In this document: piece after piece, positions 31,001 through 41,844 of the stretch
Layout: each line of letters starts with the position of its first letter
Position numbering within the stretch: position 1 is the stretch's first letter
NCBI GenBank assembly: GCA_023205875.1
Contig: CP060754.1
Location: 310,001-374,000 of the forward strand
Source of the DNA: Chloropicon primus
Lineage: Eukaryota
Direction of reading: 5' to 3'
DNA length: 64,000 bases
The notes under the pieces: generated by a model
What the model was told of the DNA's origin: nothing
The model's database searches: none
Seen by the model: the letters and a program-made list of their open reading frames with translations, nothing else
Program-made: the position numbers and the translations under genes

Positions 31001-32273
31001 GGAGGGAATGAACGTTGCTCTGTACTGGGAGAATCCTGATATCAAATCTTACGTCTCTATCGTTCCTACGTCTGCTATCACGGGAGAAGGAATTCCAGAC
31101 ATTCTCAATTTGTTGGTGACGCTCACTCAGCAGATGATGGTCGAAAGGCTCATGCACACGGAATACCTCCAGTGCACTGTATTGGAAGTCAAGCAGATCG
31201 AAGGTTTGGGAACAACAATTGATGTGATTCTCATCAATGGAACCCTGCGTGAGACGGACACGATCGTCGTCTGTGGTCTTGGAGGTCCCATCGTCACGCC
31301 AGTGCGCGCCCTTCTGACGCCTCACCCCATGAGAGAGATGAGAGTGAAGGGTTCCTACTTGCACCACAAGGAAATAGAAGCTGCCCAGGGTGTCAAAATC
31401 TGTGCAAACGACTTGGAAGGAGCTTTGGCTGGAACTCCGCTGTTTGTCCTGGGCCCAGAGGACGACGAGGAAGATCTCAAGGACGAAGTCGTCTCGGACG
31501 TCCAGAGCATTTTGGGCCAAGTCGACAAGAGTGGAGAAGGCGTGTGCGTTCAGGCGTCTACCCTTGGTTCCTTGGAAGCTTTGCTGGAATTCTTGAAGTC
31601 TCCAGATGTGAGGATCCCAGTCTCGGGGATTTCAATCGGCCCCGTCCACAAGAGAGATGTCATGAAGGCGAGTATCATGCTTGAGAGGAAGAAGGAGTAC
31701 GCGGTTATTCTTGCCTTTGATGTCGATGTGTCCAGGGAAGCTCGGGAGATGGCCAAGGAGCTCGACATCAAGATTTTCACGGCGGACATTATTTACCACC
31801 TTTTCGACCAGTTCACCGCGTACATGAAGAAGGTCAAGGAGGACAGGAAGAAAGAAGTGGCCCTGGATGCCACTTTCCCTTGCGTTCTCAAGATTTTGCC
31901 AACTTGCATCTTCAACAAGAAGGATCCCATTGTCCTGGGTGTTGAGGTCCTCGGTGGCATCGCAAAGGTTGGCTCTCCCTTGTGTGTCCCGACACAAGAC
32001 TTTGTCGAGATAGGAAGGATCGCTTCGCTGGAGAAGAACCACAAAGCTGTTGACAAAGCGTACGTGGGTGACTCGGTTGCCATGAAAGTGAACAGCACAA
32101 CTGCCCTGGAAGCTTCTAGGATGTACGGAAGGCACTTCGATCACACGGACGAGCTGGTGAGCAGGATCAGCAGGCATTCCATCGACTTGCTCAAGGAGAA
32201 CTACCGAGATGAGTTGACAAAGGAGGACTGGCAGCTCGTGCTGAAGCTCAAGCACCTGTTCCAAATCCAGTGA
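28071..32273 (+). CDS. EIF5B: Translation initiation factor eIF5B with an embedded tRNA-binding OB-fold domain
   Basis: ATG at 28071. It has [41 protein letters not shown] and [10 protein letters not shown], after a long K/E-rich N-terminus. Confidence 0.95.
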   Translation: MGKKNKKGKKKAQDLDDYPDYDDDLDPLKGGGEAGEATDGNGDGGEEDEGAVEPPKPVAGKKKGKKGKKGKKQQVKFDDSDSDDDFDPLKSKPAGGFAALGAGDDSDEEAEEASSEEEEETGGKSKGASGFAALMGDDDDEDEESEEDEPVVKKSSGFAALMADGDEDESEEEEEEEEEDEPVVKKSSGFAALMADEGEEEEEEEEEEEPDMAKPSGFAALTLLGGGSESESESDQDTDSESGEEAVLPITGKVLSTEDHPNADKLKVVEIDAGDRTYQIVTSAKNVKKGRRVALARPGCVTWGTGIKIEKTEMRGMESEGMVLSTLDLGWETEKSKKAAILPKKWKAGHEVPREMPEEMKEDGGVDLSVFETGKKKKKSKKDKTKDSDAAEEEGSPDEVDLSAFGKKKKKSKKSKGGDSEISMEKLSLEEKEAPSPVEDAKPPPPAEKEESAPAFDASAFATKGKKKKNKKKNKKEPQPADDLDDIDAILAQLDGPAPVTEEAKPEPAPEEAKPEEPAEEEEPKALTANQKKKLKKKQKEAERKARLAAGEVDESETKSPAKGKKGGKPVSAAVKKMQEELEKRKQMEEEQARLEEEQRKKEEEEEAQRLEEERIKEEKRKLKKEKERLKKEKARKEGKLLTGKAKEEAKRLAAMREQMLRQAGILPDSAEAEGGVRKKVVYEKKKKRPAPAAKQEEVKKVEEEKKEEEVPAKAEEEVVEETAVEEEPVGDWDEVDWEEKADEKSSSAAQAGANDEAEDDDEDSDEYSESDLDSDEELERRIEAAREKRHERQREAMKNRSPDHLRSPICCILGHVDTGKTKLLDKIRGTNVQDGEAGGITQQIGATYIPGKEIATRTECLGDKQMKGSKLPGLLVIDTPGHESFTNLRSRGSGLCDIAILVVDIMHGLEQQTIESLNMLKMRKTPFIIALNKVDRMYDWKPIPNGGFRETLASQGDHVQQEFKKRYNDAVLALNQEGMNVALYWENPDIKSYVSIVPTSAITGEGIPDILNLLVTLTQQMMVERLMHTEYLQCTVLEVKQIEGLGTTIDVILINGTLRETDTIVVCGLGGPIVTPVRALLTPHPMREMRVKGSYLHHKEIEAAQGVKICANDLEGALAGTPLFVLGPEDDEEDLKDEVVSDVQSILGQVDKSGEGVCVQASTLGSLEALLEFLKSPDVRIPVSGISIGPVHKRDVMKASIMLERKKEYAVILAFDVDVSREAREMAKELDIKIFTADIIYHLFDQFTAYMKKVKEDRKKEVALDATFPCVLKILPTCIFNKKDPIVLGVEVLGGIAKVGSPLCVPTQDFVEIGRIASLEKNHKAVDKAYVGDSVAMKVNSTTALEASRMYGRHFDHTDELVSRISRHSIDLLKENYRDELTKEDWQLVLKLKHLFQIQ

Positions 32274-32315
32274 GCCTTATTTAAACAACAGTCATTACAA
32301 AAAAATTTTGTAACA

Positions 32316-33812
32316 TTAAGCAGGATTGACTTTTTGCTCCAGCAGGAGAGGCTTGTCGTCGCAGCAGATCGCGTAGACGACCGCGGCGCCAATGTACATC
32401 AATGCTGTGATCTGAAAGACGCTGGTGAAGGACCCTGTCTTCTCCAAGATGAACCCGGATATGGATACGCTCAAGATCCCGGCGAACGAGCCCAGGGTGT
32501 TGCTCAGCCCAAAAAGCTTTCCCGCGCTCTGCTCGGCGACGTCGGACATGTTGGCCACGAAGCCGGCCTGGCCAAGGGCCTTCAGGCCAAGGGCCACCAT
32601 GAAGAGAGGCACCGCAACCTCCAACCTGTTTCCCATCGGGTGAGAGATGACGAGGAGGGTCGACGCCGTTCCCAGGAACGACGTGCACTGCAAGGCCTTC
32701 CTGGCGTTCTTCACGGCCATCCCCCTTCGGATCAGGTAGTCCGCGAGGACTCCCGCGAGCGAGCTGCAGATCGCCATCACCAACCAAGGCAAGAGGGAGA
32801 AGATGCTCGATTTCGCGAGGTCCAGGGAGAACTGCCTGTTGAAGTAGGTCGGCAGCCAGCTCAGGTAGATGAAGTAGCCCCAGTGGTTCACGAAGTTGGC
32901 CAGGAAGATGGCCCAGGTGGACGCGCTGGACAAGAGCCGGGATATCGGGATGGCCCCGCCCTTGGCCCCCCCGCCGTCGCCCCTCCCCGAGGGGGAGTCC
33001 GGCACGGTGGACTGCCAGAAGAGCAGCACCGGCAGACCCAGCAGGCCGAAGGCGTAGAAGATCGACCGCCACCCGAAGTTCGCGATGAGGAAGGGCGACA
33101 GCAGCAGGCCCAAAATGTTTCCCGAGTGGAATCCCGCGAAGGATATTCCCAGGGCGGTGGCCCGCCTCTCGGCCCTCACGTTCTTCCCGATGAGGTTGTT
33201 CATGGACGGCAGGGCGACCCCCTCGCCCAGCCCAACGAGCGCCCTGGTCAGAAGGAGCGGGCCCTGGCCCAGCCCGGCCGCGACGGGGGTGAGAGCGGTC
33301 GCCACGGAGAACCACGCCACGCTAACCGCCATGACGACCTTTCCCCCGAAGGCGTCCGCGAGGATGCCTCCGAGGAGCTGCGTCCCCATGTACCCCCACA
33401 GGAAGGCGCTCTGGACCACGCCCGACACCGTGTCCGACCAGCCGAACTCGGCAGCCGCTTTGAGGACCGCTATGCTCATGCAGATGCGACAGATGTTGCA
33501 CAGCAGCAGGCTGCAGGCCGTGGGCATCGCGATCGAGAACAGGGAAGAGGGGGCGTCCCGCCTCGCCCCGCTCTCGGCCGACTCCAAGGCCCGGAGGGCG
33601 GGCGGACCCCGCCCAGGAGAAGGCTGCTCGCGGCGAGTGCATTGACGACGAAAACACCGTCGTCGTGGAGGATCTCGTCGACCAAGAGACCGAGAGGAGA
33701 GCCGACGAGAAGAAGAGAGCCGACCGGCCTCCCTGATCCCGGGCGAGAATCTGCGCGAGCCGTGGCGAGACCCCGGCCTCGCGAGGGGCCTGGGTCTGTC
33801 CACAGTCACCAT
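32316..33812 (-). CDS. MFS anion:cation symporter (PHT4/ANTR-like), likely plastid
   Basis: Transit-peptide-like N-terminus, CN..RI.MSIA, SAFLWGY, R.LVGLGEGVA.P, LSWLPTYF and GLSNT.G. Confidence 0.88.
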   Translation of the reverse strand: MVTVDRPRPLARPGSRHGSRRFSPGIREAGRLSSSRRLSSRSLGRRDPPRRRCFRRQCTRREQPSPGRGPPALRALESAESGARRDAPSSLFSIAMPTACSLLLCNICRICMSIAVLKAAAEFGWSDTVSGVVQSAFLWGYMGTQLLGGILADAFGGKVVMAVSVAWFSVATALTPVAAGLGQGPLLLTRALVGLGEGVALPSMNNLIGKNVRAERRATALGISFAGFHSGNILGLLLSPFLIANFGWRSIFYAFGLLGLPVLLFWQSTVPDSPSGRGDGGGAKGGAIPISRLLSSASTWAIFLANFVNHWGYFIYLSWLPTYFNRQFSLDLAKSSIFSLLPWLVMAICSSLAGVLADYLIRRGMAVKNARKALQCTSFLGTASTLLVISHPMGNRLEVAVPLFMVALGLKALGQAGFVANMSDVAEQSAGKLFGLSNTLGSFAGILSVSISGFILEKTGSFTSVFQITALMYIGAAVVYAICCDDKPLLLEQKVNPA

Positions 33813-34170
33813 CTCCCTCTTCGATTAGAGCTCAACCTCAAGCCCAGGCACGACGGCCTCGTCCGTCGAGCGCCGAGTGCCGTGCGCCGAAAGGGACGGC
33901 CCAGCACAACCAACCGCCAAGGTCCAGAGCGATCGACCCCGTCGTCGGGGTAACGATACAACGACGACAACGACGACAACGAACCCGAGCAAAGCAAAGA
34001 CAATCCTATCTATTCTAAACCCAAATACCCAAGTATTACACCAAATATTGAACTAAGATATTTCAGAGAGGGCGAGGCAGATAAGATCTCTGACTCTGAG
34101 GAGAGGAGAGAGAGAGAGAGCGGGTGACGACGACGACGAGGAACGGAACGAGAACCAAAGGTACGAAAGG

Positions 34171-34709
34171 ATGAACGCGGGAAGAGTGAGCAGGGCTGTT
34201 GGGGTGAGGGGCGTGAGGGCGAGTGCTTCTGCACGCGTGGCGCGCGTCACCGTGTCGAGGCGAGCGGTCTTGCTCAGGTCGAAGGCTTCGGATATGTCCG
34301 ACGCGCTGGAGAAGGCGATCGAGGAGGCCAAGGAGACCTGCGAGGACGACCCAAAGAAGGCCGACTGCGCCGTGGCTTGGGATAACGTAAGTGGTTGGAG
34401 AGCGCACGCGCGCACGAACTCCCGCCGGACCGTCGAGGCGGCTTTTCCCCGCGCCTCTGCGTGTGCGTTCGTTTCTTTTCCGCCGAACGAAAGAAACAAA
34501 TATCTTTTTCCTTCTCCCCGAACGAGCGGCCTGACCCTCCTGCCCTTGACCCTCCCCCTCTGCCTTCGCGCTGCTGCTGCGACTTTGCTCAGGTCGAGGA
34601 GATCTCTGCCGAGATCTCCCACAAGAAGTCGGCCAAGAAGGTCGACCCCCTGGAGGACTTCTGCGACGACAATCCAGAGGCCGATGAGTGCAGGGTGTAC
34701 GAGGACTGA
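34171..34709 (+). CDS. CP12: Calvin-cycle regulator CP12; exons 34171-34386, 34593-34709
   Basis: The spliced AWDN|VEE core, both Cys pairs, C-terminal DPLEDFCDDNPEADECRVYED and a plastid transit peptide. Confidence 0.95.
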
Positions 34710-34819
34710 GCGTTGTTGTCGTGCGGCTTGCAAGCGCCGAGCAATCTTCTATTTTTGCTGGAATCAAAAAGTTACAATTTGTGATTCTTATCCGAGGTTA
34801 AGAATTCCCTCTCGCTTCC

Positions 34820-37126
34820 TCACCAGTCGTCGTCCTCGGAGTCGTCCTCAAAGTCGTCCTCCTCGCTGTCCGTGCCTTCCATCGCGAGCCTCCTGGCCTT
34901 GGCCTTCTCATAAATAGCGGCCACCGTCATCATGGTGTCGTCCTTCTCCTCCTCCTCAGGGATCTCCTCGATGACGTTCAGGGTGCTGCTGGGCTTGCCC
35001 AGCCCCTTGGGCGTGAAGGACGTGGTCATCTTCCTCAGAGCAAACTGACCGCCCTTGATCTTGTTCAGCATGTCGTCCCTAGCCTCGAGCTTCTTTGGCG
35101 CCTTGGCCGGCGTCTTCTGGAGGTTCTTGTGCCTGGCCTTGATCATGCTCGCGAGATCGCCCGAGTCCGCGCTCACGGAAACCTTCTTCTTGAAGGCCGA
35201 CGGGGTCTTCTTAAGCGCAGACTTCAATCCGCCCGCGCTCGGCACCGGCGGAGGCACCACTGGTGGAGGCCCTCCGGCGGGCGGCGGCGGTGAGGGTGCT
35301 CCCGCGGCAGGCGCTGGAGGTGGTGGCGGTGGAGGCGGTGGGGGGGGTGCCGCGCTTGGAGGCGGCGGTGGCGGTGGGGGTGCCATGGTGGGCGGTGGAA
35401 CAGGAACAGAGGCCGGCATCACGTGCACAGAAGGCGCAGGCGCCCGAAGGGGCTGCATTGGTACTTGCTGTGCTGCTTGTACCGGGGCTTGGGCATAGTG
35501 CAATGCCTGGGGCTGCTGCTGCGGCGGCATGTATACCTGTTGTTGTTGTGGCGGTTGTGGTGCAGCGTATTGCTGCTGTTGGGGTGTGTAGTGGACAGGT
35601 TGCTGCTGCTGCAGAGAAAGCGGAGCTTGCATTCCTTGTTGTGGCTGTTGTTGGTATTGTGGTTGTGGCATGTGTTGTTGGTGCCCCTGGAAAAGGTGCT
35701 GGGGTGGGGGTGGGGGAGACCTTGTCGCCTGGTGTCCCTGCTGCTGCGGGCTCTGCTGGGCTATCGTCAGCAGCTGGTTCGGATAGGTCTGGTAGACCAC
35801 CTGTTGCCCCCCGACCTCCTTGACAGGCGTGAAGAAGCTGTCCGGCAGCACCCTCTCCGTGGGGCTTCGGTTCGGCTGCGCTTGTGTAATATACATGTAG
35901 TGGGTGTCCACCGCCGGGTTTGCAGCCTGGGGCGAGACAGGACCATGAGGCGTCCTGCCCGACACTGTGGCTTGCCTCTCCGTCTGCATGGTCGTGAGGT
36001 TGTTCCTGGGGGGGTGAGACAGGAGCACGTGGTCGACGCTCTGGCTCTGAGAATAATTCACACGGCTTTGGAACGCGTAAGGCTTCGGGCTCGTCACGAC
36101 CGGCGTGTGAGTCCTTCCGGCCATCTTCTCAAGGAGATGTGCCGGTGGCGGTGGAGGCCTCGCCGTGGGCCTGGCCACTGGCTGCTGCACCACCTGGATG
36201 GGTGTGTGCACAATGTTCTGAACCGGCATGTACTGCAGAGCCGCGGCCTGGAGAGTCTCCTCCACAGGCTGGGGCTCTTGCTCTTCCGCCTGCTCTTGCT
36301 CTTTCACCTGCTCGTCCTCTGGCTCCTGCTCGGACTCCAACATCTGGGTCTCCTCTTCCGTTGCATCTTCCCCCCCTGCCATCTCCTCCTGCTTGTCCGC
36401 CACCGAGTGCTTCGCTATCGACTTGATTTTCGTTGTCATCAAGGACAACCCGATCATCGAGTACCTTCGCCTGGTGCTTCTGTGCACCTTCCCGATAGAG
36501 CCTTCGATGACACTTCCCCGCTTTCCGAGCCTGTCTCCCGGAGACATTCTTTCCCTTCTCAGTCTCCTCTTTTCCCGTCTGGCTGCGTGAATTCTCTCGG
36601 CCTCCTCCATTTCCTGGATCGCAAAGGCTCTCATGCAATACTTCGGGTCTGAGAAGCGCTTGAGCGCCTCCTTGTCCTCCTCTGTCTTCGCATAAGGTTT
36701 CAGCAGATGCAGGGGCGGCAGTTTCTCGCATTTGTTTCTGTCCTCGTCAATGAATTCCGGCCTGCTCCGTGCCGTGATGAAGTTCGTCTCCTTGCCGACT
36801 CTTTGAGGGAAGCTGGCGTGCCACTCGATCAGCGGATTGGTGATGAACTCCGAAACCCCCTGGGACTGCACGGTGTCCACGCACTCGTCCACCTGTGGCG
36901 AGAGTTCGCTGCACTTTTGGCTCAAATCCTCGACCCTCTTGTCTACCCTCTCTATCTCGGTCTTGACCCCGTCGAAGATTTCGACGGCGTATTCGGAGAA
37001 GTCCGCCATCTGCCTCAGAAGGCCTGTCAGGTAAGCCATCGAGAAGTGAGCAGACACATCGTGGGGCGAGTTGAGGTCCGCCTTCTCGTAGATTGGCTTG
37101 CACTCCAGCCCAAAAGCCCTCTCCAT
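34820..37126 (-). CDS. SCAR/WAVE-family Arp2/3 activator
   Basis: An N-terminal WAVE-homology region (L.GLLRQMAD.S.YA.EIF, RP…C..LPPL.LL, FSDP), basic and poly-Pro regions, WH2-like motifs and an acidic tail ending EDDDW. Confidence 0.85.
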   Translation of the reverse strand: MERAFGLECKPIYEKADLNSPHDVSAHFSMAYLTGLLRQMADFSEYAVEIFDGVKTEIERVDKRVEDLSQKCSELSPQVDECVDTVQSQGVSEFITNPLIEWHASFPQRVGKETNFITARSRPEFIDEDRNKCEKLPPLHLLKPYAKTEEDKEALKRFSDPKYCMRAFAIQEMEEAERIHAARREKRRLRRERMSPGDRLGKRGSVIEGSIGKVHRSTRRRYSMIGLSLMTTKIKSIAKHSVADKQEEMAGGEDATEEETQMLESEQEPEDEQVKEQEQAEEQEPQPVEETLQAAALQYMPVQNIVHTPIQVVQQPVARPTARPPPPPAHLLEKMAGRTHTPVVTSPKPYAFQSRVNYSQSQSVDHVLLSHPPRNNLTTMQTERQATVSGRTPHGPVSPQAANPAVDTHYMYITQAQPNRSPTERVLPDSFFTPVKEVGGQQVVYQTYPNQLLTIAQQSPQQQGHQATRSPPPPPQHLFQGHQQHMPQPQYQQQPQQGMQAPLSLQQQQPVHYTPQQQQYAAPQPPQQQQVYMPPQQQPQALHYAQAPVQAAQQVPMQPLRAPAPSVHVMPASVPVPPPTMAPPPPPPPPSAAPPPPPPPPPPPAPAAGAPSPPPPAGGPPPVVPPPVPSAGGLKSALKKTPSAFKKKVSVSADSGDLASMIKARHKNLQKTPAKAPKKLEARDDMLNKIKGGQFALRKMTTSFTPKGLGKPSSTLNVIEEIPEEEEKDDTMMTVAAIYEKAKARRLAMEGTDSEEDDFEDDSEDDDW

Positions 37127-37608
37127 GACGTCTTTATCCTCCCAGTCTAGCGCTCGCCTTTCCCAAGAAGGCGGAACAAAGCTTCTGTCGCCTCAACTGG
37201 AGACCTCTCCCCAGCCCAGCCCTGTACTACACGACAAGTGTCCGTTCTCCGCCAACCACCTGTAACCAATACATGTATGCTTCCAACTCTTCTCCTCCCT
37301 TCCTCGTCCAACGAAACTGGGCCTGAATTCCCCTGGCTCTCTCCGACAATCACACGGTCGCGACGCAAACCCTCTTCCCCCCGTCACGCGCAGGGCGAAA
37401 CAGACACAGACGCAGACCCGTCCCTCCGTCGTAGTAGCGCTCTCGTCCCTCGCCTGAAGGTGAAGGCGCCTCGCCAAGTCAAAACTGGCGTTTGAAAAGA
37501 GAGATTAGAACGGAGGAGGCCCGGCTTGGGGAAGGGGAGACGCGGGAGGAGCACCGTGTCGTGTCGGGTCGGGTCGTGTTTCGCGTCCATCCGTTCGGCG
37601 AGAGCGTC

Positions 37609-38706
37609 ATGGACCTTCACCTCTTTCTCGAAGCCCAGAATTGGATCAGCGCGGTCGAAGAGAGGCCAGAGGTGGGAAGACCAGTGTGATTTCATATGAT
37701 TTGATTTGATTTCTGTTTGTGTTTCAAAAAGTCTTCGCCGTCGCCTTTGTCTCTCACCGCGTGCTGACAGGTGCTCTGCCCTTTTCTTTGCTCCGCGACC
37801 CAGGCCTTGGACACGATCTTTCGAGGGAGCGCGAGTTTCCACGTGAGCCTGGAGGAGAACTACAAGGAGAAGAGCGCGAACGAGCTGAAGGGAGCACTCG
37901 CTCCGGACGCCGTGTTCGTGAAGCTCAGGTGGGATCGCGCGAGCTCCTTGGAGGTTCCGTGCACCATCTACCTCTGCGCCAAATTGTCGCAGGCTAGCGT
38001 GGGGGCTGACGGAAACGACGGTGAGGCGGTTTACATAGAATTCAAGGGAAAGTTGTTTCTGCTTGCTCGGCGCACGATACGGTACGTCGTGTCCTCCCGC
38101 CCGCAACCGCGCCCGTCGCGCTCCCCGAGGAAGGGCAAGGGGCCCTCCGCCTCCCCGAGGAAAGGAGGCCGGCCGAGAGAGGAGAAATTGGCGAGCATCA
38201 TATTCGAGGGAATCACGCTGAACTTGGTGGAGAGCGAAAGCAGTGGCCGACCGGGGAGCTTTCAGCGGCTGATCAGCACCCTGGTGGACTGGGCGGCGGG
38301 TGGTGATGAGGGGGCTCGTCTAAGCACGCGGAAGAGAGGAAGGCGCCCTGGTTCGAAACGCGTGAATGGTTTCGCGGGACCCTTGCTGGCAAGGTGGCTG
38401 GACGTCATGGACTCGGCGGTGGAGTTGATCGAGGAGGGAAAGCCAAAGCCAGAGGAGTTGAATTCTTTCGTGTCCTCTGTGATCAGTCACAGGGGGGGCG
38501 CGGGAGGGGCGCCCCCGGCACTTGGCGAAGGAGGGGACTTGGGTGACACGCAGGAGCACGAGGAGTGGGAGACCAAGTTCGAGGGCTTTGAGGGGGACCA
38601 CGAAAAGATGACAAAATTTTTGGAAGACCATGTGGCTTTGCAAAGGGTGAAGGAAGCTACGAGGCACGACCTCCTTGTCGCGTCCCTTGCCTCCGCACCC
38701 GGCTAA
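37609..38706 (+). CDS. Hypothetical protein; exons 37609-37671, 37804-38706
   Basis: A phase-0 GT-AG intron joins MDLHLFLEAQNW… to a long ORF. No family recognised. Confidence 0.6.
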
Positions 38707-39008
38707 ACCCCCTTGCGTCCTCGTGTATTGTATTTGTACCCTTGTCATTGCCTCTGCCCCTACTTTTCCATTCTCTTCCTCGGATCCGCTTTTTTCCAAT
38801 TTGCAGGATGATCCGCTTGATGGCCACGCAAAAAGGCCCGTTGACTCTCTCGTCTTTGATTTCGCCTCTCTTCTTCTTTCTTGACCCATTCCGCATTACG
38901 ATTAAGGTTTTCCCCCAAATGGGTCCGAAGACGACGGGGGCAGCAGGATTTCGAACAACACAGGTCTTGGCACCGGAGGCACCGGAGGGGCGACCAGAGG
39001 AGACCGCC

Positions 39009-40723
39009 ATGGGGAAGAAAGGAGGAGCGAAGAAGGTGAGGAAAGGGGAAGAGGGAACAAGGAAGGGGGAGAGGAAGGCGGAGGGGTCGTCTTTGGTCGT
39101 GGAGGCTCTCTTGGAACCTGAAGAAACGACTTCGAATGCGGCGGACTGCGCGCACAGGGGGGAGGCCAATTGTGATGGGTGTGAGACTGACTTTGAGTTG
39201 TTTCCCTTTCTTGCGCGCGAGCAGGCGAAGAAGAAGTCCTCGGGAGGAGGAGAGGGCGGAGATGGAGGAAACTTGGACGAGCTTCAAGAGAAGCTCACCA
39301 ACCTCCAGTCGGACAAAGTTAACGAGGAGAAACTTCGTAACTATGTCCAGCTCGAGAGAGTAAGTCTTTCCCCCTACTTATTCTGCTTCGAGGCCCTCGT
39401 CGGGGTGCCCAGCGGCTTTCGTGTCGACCCCGCGTGAACCTAACTTTTTCTTTTTTCCCCGACTTGCAGGATAAAATCCATAGCTTCTGGGAGATCACCA
39501 AGCAGGAGTTGGACGATGTCAAGGCCGAGCTCAGGAACAAGGACCGCGAGATGGAGGAGCTCGAGGAGCGTCACCAGGTGGAGATCAAGGTGTACAAACA
39601 GAAAGTGAAGCATCTGCTGTACGAGCATCAGAACAACATCTCTACACTCAAGGCCGACGGAGAGCTTGCCTTGAAGAAACAGCAGGACGACTTCCTGAAG
39701 AGGGACTCCGAGCTCCAAAAGGACAAGAGGTCGCTCAAGCAGGAGCTCAAGGAGAAGGAGCTTGCCAACGAGCACTTTGTGAGGCAGCTCAAGCTCGAGC
39801 ACGCCAAGGAGATCACGAAGCTGAGGCAGGAGTTCGAGCTCCAGGCGCGCGAGCTGCAGCAAAAGTACGAGAAAAAGATGAAGATCCTCAGAGACGACCT
39901 CGAATTGAGGCGAAAGCAGGAGATTCACGAGATAGAGGAGAGGAAAAACACCCACATCAACGAGCTGATGAAGAAGCACGAAAGGGCCTTCTCGGAGATC
40001 AAGAACTATTACAACGATATCACACACAATAACTTGGACTTGATCAAGACCTTGAAGGAGGACGTTGCCGATATGAAGAAGAGGGAGGCTGCCAGCGACA
40101 AGCTCATGCACGAGATTCTGCAGGACAAGAAGAGCCTTTCGGAGCCCCTGGCGAGAACGAAGAAGGAGAACGAGTCCCTCAAGCACGCTCTGGCGAACTA
40201 CGAGAAGGACAAGGTCTCCCTCATCCACACAAAGGCGAGGCTGTCCGATACGGAGAAGCAGCTGCGTAACTTGGAGTGGGAGCACGAGGTCTTCGAGCAG
40301 AAGTTCCACGAGGTGGAGAAGGAGAGGGACGATCTGTACCAGAAGTTCGAGCACTCGATATACGACGTGCAGCAGAAGAGCGGCCTCAAGAGCGCCATGC
40401 TCGAGAAGAAGGTCGAGATCATGCAGGAGGAGATCGAGAAGAAGGACGCCCAGATTGGTCAGGTGCTGGCCGCTTCCAACCTTGACCCAGCCACGGTAGC
40501 CCAGGTGAGCAAGAAGGTGGAAGAGGAGCTGGAGAAGAAGAACAGGGTCATCAAGGCCCTTCAGTACGACGTGGCCAAGGTGTCCAAGGCGCACAACGAC
40601 CTCATTAGAGTCTACGAGGCGAAGCTCGCAGAGTTCGGTGTTCCGGTGGAGGAGCTGGGCTTCAGACCGCTCATGACGAACACATCCACTGCGCCAGCGG
40701 GTCTCGTGGTCTCCGGCTCGTGA
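39009..40723 (+). CDS. GAS8: Dynein regulatory complex subunit 4 (GAS8/DRC4); exons 39009-39035, 39225-39359, 39470-40723
   Basis: Splices to RNYVQLER|DKIHSFWEIT, with HQVEIKVYKQKVKHLLYEHQ, IKNYYNDITHNNL and KAHND…GVP.EELGF.P. Confidence 0.95.
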
Positions 40724-40842
40724 TCCCCTTGGCTCATGACGTAGGCCCGAGGTGGCGGCCTCGGTTGCAAGCCGCTTGCTCCCCGGGGGGACCTCGCCCC
40801 GAAGAAAAATTCACAAAATGTTTGTAACTATATCAAATTATC

Positions 40843-41477
40843 TTAATACCTTCCGGCGAAAGTTCCAGCGTCTCTCTCCTCGTTCCACTTTTCCAGCCAG
40901 ATGCTTGGGCACATGGAGCGGTAAGCCTTCTGGAAGAACTTGCAGTCCTCGGCGTCCTCGCCCTTCTCGGCTGCACACTTGTGGAACTCGTTGTACCTAG
41001 TGTAGCAGTGACGCGCCTGATTTGTCGTCGTGAACCTAGGATCGTAAGGCGTCGTTCCCAATTTGACCTCGACCGCTGGCTCCTCCTCCTCGGCCTCCTC
41101 CTCCTGCCGCGCGAAACAAAATTGAAGCGAAAGGCAACGGTTAGCGAAACGAATGGGGACCAGGAAAAAGTGCGTCTTTGAGCCGTTCTTTCTTTCTTCA
41201 ATTGGAGGGACTGGGGCGGGGGCTTGAGAAGCAGCCAGGGCAGCTCGAGGCAGAAGCGCGGCCCTCCACTCAATTGCCCTCCCAAGCCTCCCGAACCCCA
41301 CCAACAACAACTCTTTTGTTTTCTCCCCTCTCGAGGTGGTGGGATACCTCTCCCCTCCTCGCGTGTCGCGGTACCCACCTGTGCCTCGGCCTCCTCGACG
41401 GCCTCCTCCTCGACAGGCTCCGCCACAGCCTCCTCCTCGCAGTGCACTGCCTTTCCGAAGATCCACTCCAACACCAT
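40843..41477 (-). CDS. COX6B: Cytochrome c oxidase subunit 6B; exons 41477-41379, 41103-40843
   Basis: T.P.DPRF..TNQARHCYTRYNEFHKC…C…Y.SMCP..W…GTF.G, with an acidic N-terminus. Confidence 0.92.
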
Positions 41478-41844
41478 CGCTCCCGCTTTGTTCTTTCTCG
41501 TCTCTACAACTCCACGCGCTCGCTCCCTTCGTCTGGCTTCTCCTAGCCGTCGTCGACGACTAACCCTACCCCTACTCGTCCTTCCTCCTCGTACACCCAA
41601 ACAACACGAGTGTACCAGGAATGGCTGAGAGGAGATCTCTGTCTTGTCTGCAGGACTCGGAGGACTGGTTGAGGACGACGACCGACGAGGACGACGACGG
41701 ACCGACGAGGACGACGATTTGCTCGACGAAGCTACGCCTGACGACCTTTCGACAGATAAACTCTCTTGGTCAGGTCGGTGCCTCGCTTGGGCAAGAACGG
41801 TCATCGAGAGAGATACGATACGACACACGGCACGATAGGAGAAG

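Noticed and set aside
40721..40780. ATGA followed by a hairpin after the GAS8 TGA stop
   Set aside because: It is too close to the TGA, lacks SECIS apical AA and GA geometry, and there is no Cys or redox context.
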